The notes beneath the pieces were generated by a model. The model did not search any database. It worked only from the letters and a program-made list of their open reading frames with translations, and was not told the origin of the DNA. A stretch of DNA of 64,000 nucleotides, taken from NCBI GenBank assembly GCA_963667285.1, contig OY763326.1:4847546-4911545 (forward strand), written 5' to 3'. Shown here in pieces: positions 60,204-64,000 of this stretch. The position numbers and the translations under genes were made by a program. Numbering within the stretch: position 1 is the first letter of the stretch; every line of letters starts with the position of its first letter. The DNA comes from Alphaproteobacteria bacterium (GTDB taxonomy: Bacteria; Pseudomonadota; Alphaproteobacteria; MPNO01).

Positions 60204-60737
60204 GCCGCAACGATCTTACCGGGCGATATCGACGGGGAGCAATTGCGGCTTGGCGGCCGCCTCTGAGCTGGCCTCGTCTTTTCGGACAACTTGGCGGCGG
60301 CTTTAGGGTGCATTCCGAATGAGGTTCAGGCCGCTAGAAACCTCCCGAATCGAACTCCCTGACGGCGCGCGCGAACGCCAGATCCGGCTCGAAGGCGTGA
60401 CCGATACCGCCGCCGCGCGATCTCCTGGCGGGCGGAGCGCGAGGGGGTGCTGCTCACCCGCGGGTCGCCGTGGCCGATTGCATGGGAGTCCTCCAGGTCA
60501 GTTCTTCTGACGCGAGCGGCTCCCGGACCATCCGCCAAGGGGATCGGAGGTGGGTTGCGTCCGCAGATCACGATCTTCGGCACGGGCGATTTTCTTGTCA
60601 GCTCATCCCGGGGCAGGGGCCCGGCGCGGTCCTCTGGAGGGGCTGAATCGGGCAGGTCAACGAGATAGGTCTCCAATGAAATCAAGCCCCCCATTTGGGG
60701 CGGTTGGGTCACATAGTCCATTGAAATTAACGGAACA

Positions 60738-60760
60738 TTCAGCTCATGCCGGGCCCACCA
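60738..60760 (+). repeat. Duplicated tRNA 3' end (putative attR)
   Basis: TGCCGGGCCCACCA at 60747-60760 is identical to 10610-10623. Confidence 0.75.
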
Positions 60761-60889
60761 CCTCGCTTGGAACATCGTTTCCGACCCCACCTTCGCCGGC
60801 AAGAGCCGGTTCGCGGCTGCGACGCAGCGTGAAGCCTCCCGAGCGGTGCCGGGCCCGGATCCCTGCCCTCCCGGTCGACCGGCGCGCCG

Positions 60890-61017
60890 GGCCTGCGCGC
60901 TGCCTGGCGAAGGGCACGGTCTCCAGGTGCTTTTGCACGGCATGGGCGACGCTGTCGGCGAGCGGCAGATGCGCCCTTTCGGCGTTCCAGTGCTGGCGGA
61001 AGAGCTCGACGGTCTCG
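60890..61017 (-). pseudogene. Probable C-terminal fragment of a HipA-family toxin
   Basis: Minus-strand SETVELFRQHWNAERAHLPLADSVAHAVQKHLETVPFA resembles HipA kinase C-termini. No start codon. Recognised by eye only. Confidence 0.45.
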
Positions 61018-62445
61018 CTAAGCGGGCGCGCCGAGGCGTTCGAGCACCCGCTTGAGGCGGTGGAGGGGGCTGCGGTCGCGCATCATCTGGAGCGGCACCG
61101 AGAAGTGGCCGCGCCGCCAGATGAAGCGGTTCTCCGCCGGGACCCGCCAGTCGTCGATCAGCGCCTTGCCGGTGGCGAACGGGGTGACGGTGTCCCGGCT
61201 GCCGAGCACGGTGACGATGTTCCGCGGGTCCATCGCCGGGGGGCCGCCCTGGGGGTCGAGCAAGGGGAGCCAGCGCAGCGCCTCCTCCTGGCTCCAGCCA
61301 TGCGCGGCCAAGGCCTCGGCCACGCCCCAGAGCCTGGCCATGCTGCCGCGCAGCGCCGCGTCCTCGTGATGCCCGCAATGGGTGACCAGGAACAGCGCGT
61401 CGGGCCGGACCGCTTCCGGCCAGGCGCTCGCCTTGACCGCCAGAAGCTGGGAGAGCAGCGCGCCGAGGCTGCTGCCGCCGACGGCGACCGGGCCGCGGCT
61501 GGTCCGCCGGCTCCAGTCGATCAGCACCGGCCATTCCAGGAGCTGGGCGGAGAACGTGTCCAGCGCGCCGCGCGGCGCGCGGGCGATGAACATCTCCCCG
61601 CCATAGCGCCCGTCGGGCACCCGCCTTCCGTGCCACGGCGCTTCGGGCCGGACCACGCGGATCCCCATCTGGCACATCAGGAAGACCTCGTCGACCAGCC
61701 CGTGCCAGTGGTCGAACTCGACGCAGATTCCGTGGCCGAACACCAGCGTGGGAGGATCGGTGACGCCGACCGGCTCGTAGACCCGGGCGAACACGTCGTC
61801 GTTCATCACCGGGCTGGGGGAGCGGAACCTGAGCCAGTACTCCTCTCCCACCGGCCCGGGCACGCGCTGCGATTGGGCGATCTCGGGAAACGGCAGGGAG
61901 GGCGCGAAGGCGGCGGCCGGGTCGGCCAGCCAGGCGCCGTAATCGGCCTCGACCTCGTCCACGCTCGGCACGTCCCAGCGAACCGGCCGGATCGACCGCC
62001 GGCGCCCGAGATAGGAAAAATGCCGCCGCGTGGCGTTGTAGGCGTTGCGCCGGTCGCGCCTCGCCGCCTCGATCGCCACCAGCCGGTAGAGCTCGGTCTC
62101 CCGCTCGTCGAAGAACACCTGGCGCCAGCGCGCCTCGGTCGCGTTCACCGCCTCGCGCGCGGTCTCGAACCGGTCGAGCGTCTTGCGCAGCCTGGCCCCG
62201 ATCCCCGGGATCGGGTCCATCGGCACTTCCTCGTAGAACTTGAGGAGCGACCCGTTGGCGGCCCGCGCCGCCGCCCACAGCCGCGACAGGGGGAAGAACC
62301 AGCGCCCCAGCAGCCACAGCGCCACGGGATCGAACCACGGCCGCGCCAGCCCCGCGCCGACCGGCGAGCGCATCCATCTCTCGCTGAAATCCTCGGCGGT
62401 GAGACGCGGTTCCCAACCCTCGGGAAAAACCGGCCCAGGGGTCAA
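61018..62445 (-). CDS. Alpha/beta-hydrolase-fold protein of unknown function
   Basis: FGHG, APWHGRR, GGSSLG nucleophile elbow, GSRDTV, RGHF. TTG start overlaps the upstream stop. Confidence 0.75.
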   Translation of the reverse strand: MTPGPVFPEGWEPRLTAEDFSERWMRSPVGAGLARPWFDPVALWLLGRWFFPLSRLWAAARAANGSLLKFYEEVPMDPIPGIGARLRKTLDRFETAREAVNATEARWRQVFFDERETELYRLVAIEAARRDRRNAYNATRRHFSYLGRRRSIRPVRWDVPSVDEVEADYGAWLADPAAAFAPSLPFPEIAQSQRVPGPVGEEYWLRFRSPSPVMNDDVFARVYEPVGVTDPPTLVFGHGICVEFDHWHGLVDEVFLMCQMGIRVVRPEAPWHGRRVPDGRYGGEMFIARAPRGALDTFSAQLLEWPVLIDWSRRTSRGPVAVGGSSLGALLSQLLAVKASAWPEAVRPDALFLVTHCGHHEDAALRGSMARLWGVAEALAAHGWSQEEALRWLPLLDPQGGPPAMDPRNIVTVLGSRDTVTPFATGKALIDDWRVPAENRFIWRRGHFSVPLQMMRDRSPLHRLKRVLERLGAPA

Positions 62446-63875
62446 GGCGCGGCGTCCCGCTCTGGCAGCAGGTGGATCACGGGCGTGACGTAGAAATCGA
62501 GCAATTTGCTTTCTTCGGGATTTACCTTGTACCTGCCGGGCGGATCTTCAAGCAGGATTCGGCGCTTCAGCAGGAGCTGCAAGCCGTCATTGACGGCGAG
62601 GCTCTCTTCGCCGAAGGGAACATACACATGCGCGCCGCCGCTTTCGAACGCGCCGATGAGCCGGTGCACGCGCGCCTTCAGCTCGAGCTCGCTCAGCGCC
62701 CGGCCGGGACTCTCCGCCAGGGCGGTCGCGATCAGCGAGACCGGCAGCACGGGGGTCAGCCTGCCCACCTCCTCCATCAACCCGGTGACCAGCTTCATGG
62801 AGACGCCGTAGCGGGTCTCGCGGTCGAGCCCCGCGAGCTCGACCCCGTTTTCGGCGAGCCACGCCTTGAGGGAGACGGGCGCTCCGAAATTCGCGCATGC
62901 CCGGCCGAATCGCTGGCGCCGCCCATGGATCAGCTCGACGGAGGTGCGGAGGAAAAACGCCAATGTCGAGCGCAGCACGAAGGCCGTGCCCCGCTTGCTG
63001 AGCATCGCCTCTTCGCCGTGGCGCAGCAGGGTGCGGTCCTCGACCACGCGCTCGTAATTGATCGCGACGGGGATGAACAGGACATCGGGCGAGGCCTCGA
63101 CGTCGAAGCCGCGCATGATGTAGTCGATCAGCCCGGCCCTGGGCGGCCGCAGCCCGCCGTCATGCGACAGCCCGGCCTCGGGAAACAGCGCCTGCGGCAC
63201 CCGGCCCTCCACCGCGAGCTGGACATAGCGCTCGACCACGCGCCGGTAGAGAGGATTCCGCGAATTGCGCCGGACGAAATAGGCGCCCATCGCGCGCAGC
63301 AGATTCGCCACCGGCCAGAACAGCGTCCACTCGCCCGCCGCGTAGGAGAGCGCGGCGCGGCGCGAGGCGAGATAGGTGACGAGCAGGTAGTCGAAATTGC
63401 TGCGGTGGTTCATCACCAGCACCAGGCTGGCGCCGCTGTCGACCTTGTCGAGGGTTTCCTGGTCGGCGTAGCCGATCCGCACCCGGTAGAAGAAGCGGAT
63501 GAACCGGCGGGCCAGGCGGTAGCCGAGGCGGAAATAGAAATAGGCGTTGAACCCGGGCACGATCTCCTCGGCGTAGCCCCGGATCTCCTCGACGACGATC
63601 TGCTGCGGGACGTCCCGCTCGGCAGCGGCCTCGGCCGCCGCGTCGAGCAGCTTTTCGTCGTAGATCAGGCGGTCGATCAACCGGTCGCGCTTGGTCAGCA
63701 TGAACGGCGGCAGGTCGATCCGCAGCCTCGAATTGACGTCCTCGATGACCCGGTAGACGCGGCGCCGCAGCACCCAGCGCGTCCCCGGCATCAGGAAGTG
63801 GCCGAAGAGGGAAAGCAGCGCGAGCGCCGAGACCAGCACGACCAGCCAGACGGGCAAGGCAACGAGTTCGCCCAC
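62442..63875 (-). CDS. Glycerol-3-phosphate/phospholipid acyltransferase (PlsB-like)
   Basis: NHRSNFD (HX4D), GAYFVRR, FPEAGLS, IPVAINYE, N-terminal TM. Confidence 0.88.
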   Translation of the reverse strand: MGELVALPVWLVVLVSALALLSLFGHFLMPGTRWVLRRRVYRVIEDVNSRLRIDLPPFMLTKRDRLIDRLIYDEKLLDAAAEAAAERDVPQQIVVEEIRGYAEEIVPGFNAYFYFRLGYRLARRFIRFFYRVRIGYADQETLDKVDSGASLVLVMNHRSNFDYLLVTYLASRRAALSYAAGEWTLFWPVANLLRAMGAYFVRRNSRNPLYRRVVERYVQLAVEGRVPQALFPEAGLSHDGGLRPPRAGLIDYIMRGFDVEASPDVLFIPVAINYERVVEDRTLLRHGEEAMLSKRGTAFVLRSTLAFFLRTSVELIHGRRQRFGRACANFGAPVSLKAWLAENGVELAGLDRETRYGVSMKLVTGLMEEVGRLTPVLPVSLIATALAESPGRALSELELKARVHRLIGAFESGGAHVYVPFGEESLAVNDGLQLLLKRRILLEDPPGRYKVNPEESKLLDFYVTPVIHLLPERDAAP

Positions 63876-64000
63876 GAGACCTCCCCGGCGGACCGCAGCC
63901 CCGCGCAGGGGCCGCCTCGAGGCACGCTGGCGAAACCCGCTGTGCAGGGCGGCGATGTTTTTTGCCCAGACTGCGCCTATATTAGCATGGGCGTCGTGTC

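Noticed and set aside
60204-60670. Integrase remnant or ncRNA near the island end
   Set aside because: No tyrosine/serine recombinase motifs or recognisable RNA family found by eye.

Overview
A GC-rich bacterial window, probably alphaproteobacterial (inferred from gene content and the tRNA sequence), dominated by catabolic enzymes and TRAP/ABC transporters. A tRNA with a CAT anticodon (likely tRNA-Ile2) sits at 10547-10623. Its 3' end recurs as a direct repeat at 60738-60760, which outlines a ~50 kb tRNA-anchored island with no integrase. The island carries: (i) a hydantoinase A/B + NitT/TauT ABC + thiocyanate-hydrolase-like three-subunit cobalt nitrile hydratase operon; (ii) a CoxMSL-type molybdenum hydroxylase that is not a form I CO dehydrogenase; (iii) a ~19 kb cluster with three paralogous luciferase-like monooxygenases, three alpha/beta hydrolases, a nitrilase, an amidohydrolase, RidA, GlcG/HbpS and a two-subunit LigAB/CarB-type dioxygenase lacking the usual catalytic His. 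Cluster (iii) is the best candidate for an undescribed N-heterocycle degradation pathway. Mobile DNA includes intact-looking IS630 and IS4 elements, IS1380 and IS3 remnants, and three copies of a ~266 bp structured MITE with covarying terminal repeats, two of them inserted at stop codons. Decayed genes include hicB, hipA, an ABC ATPase and a frameshifted isochorismatase. All calls come from motif recognition by eye; no database searches were run.
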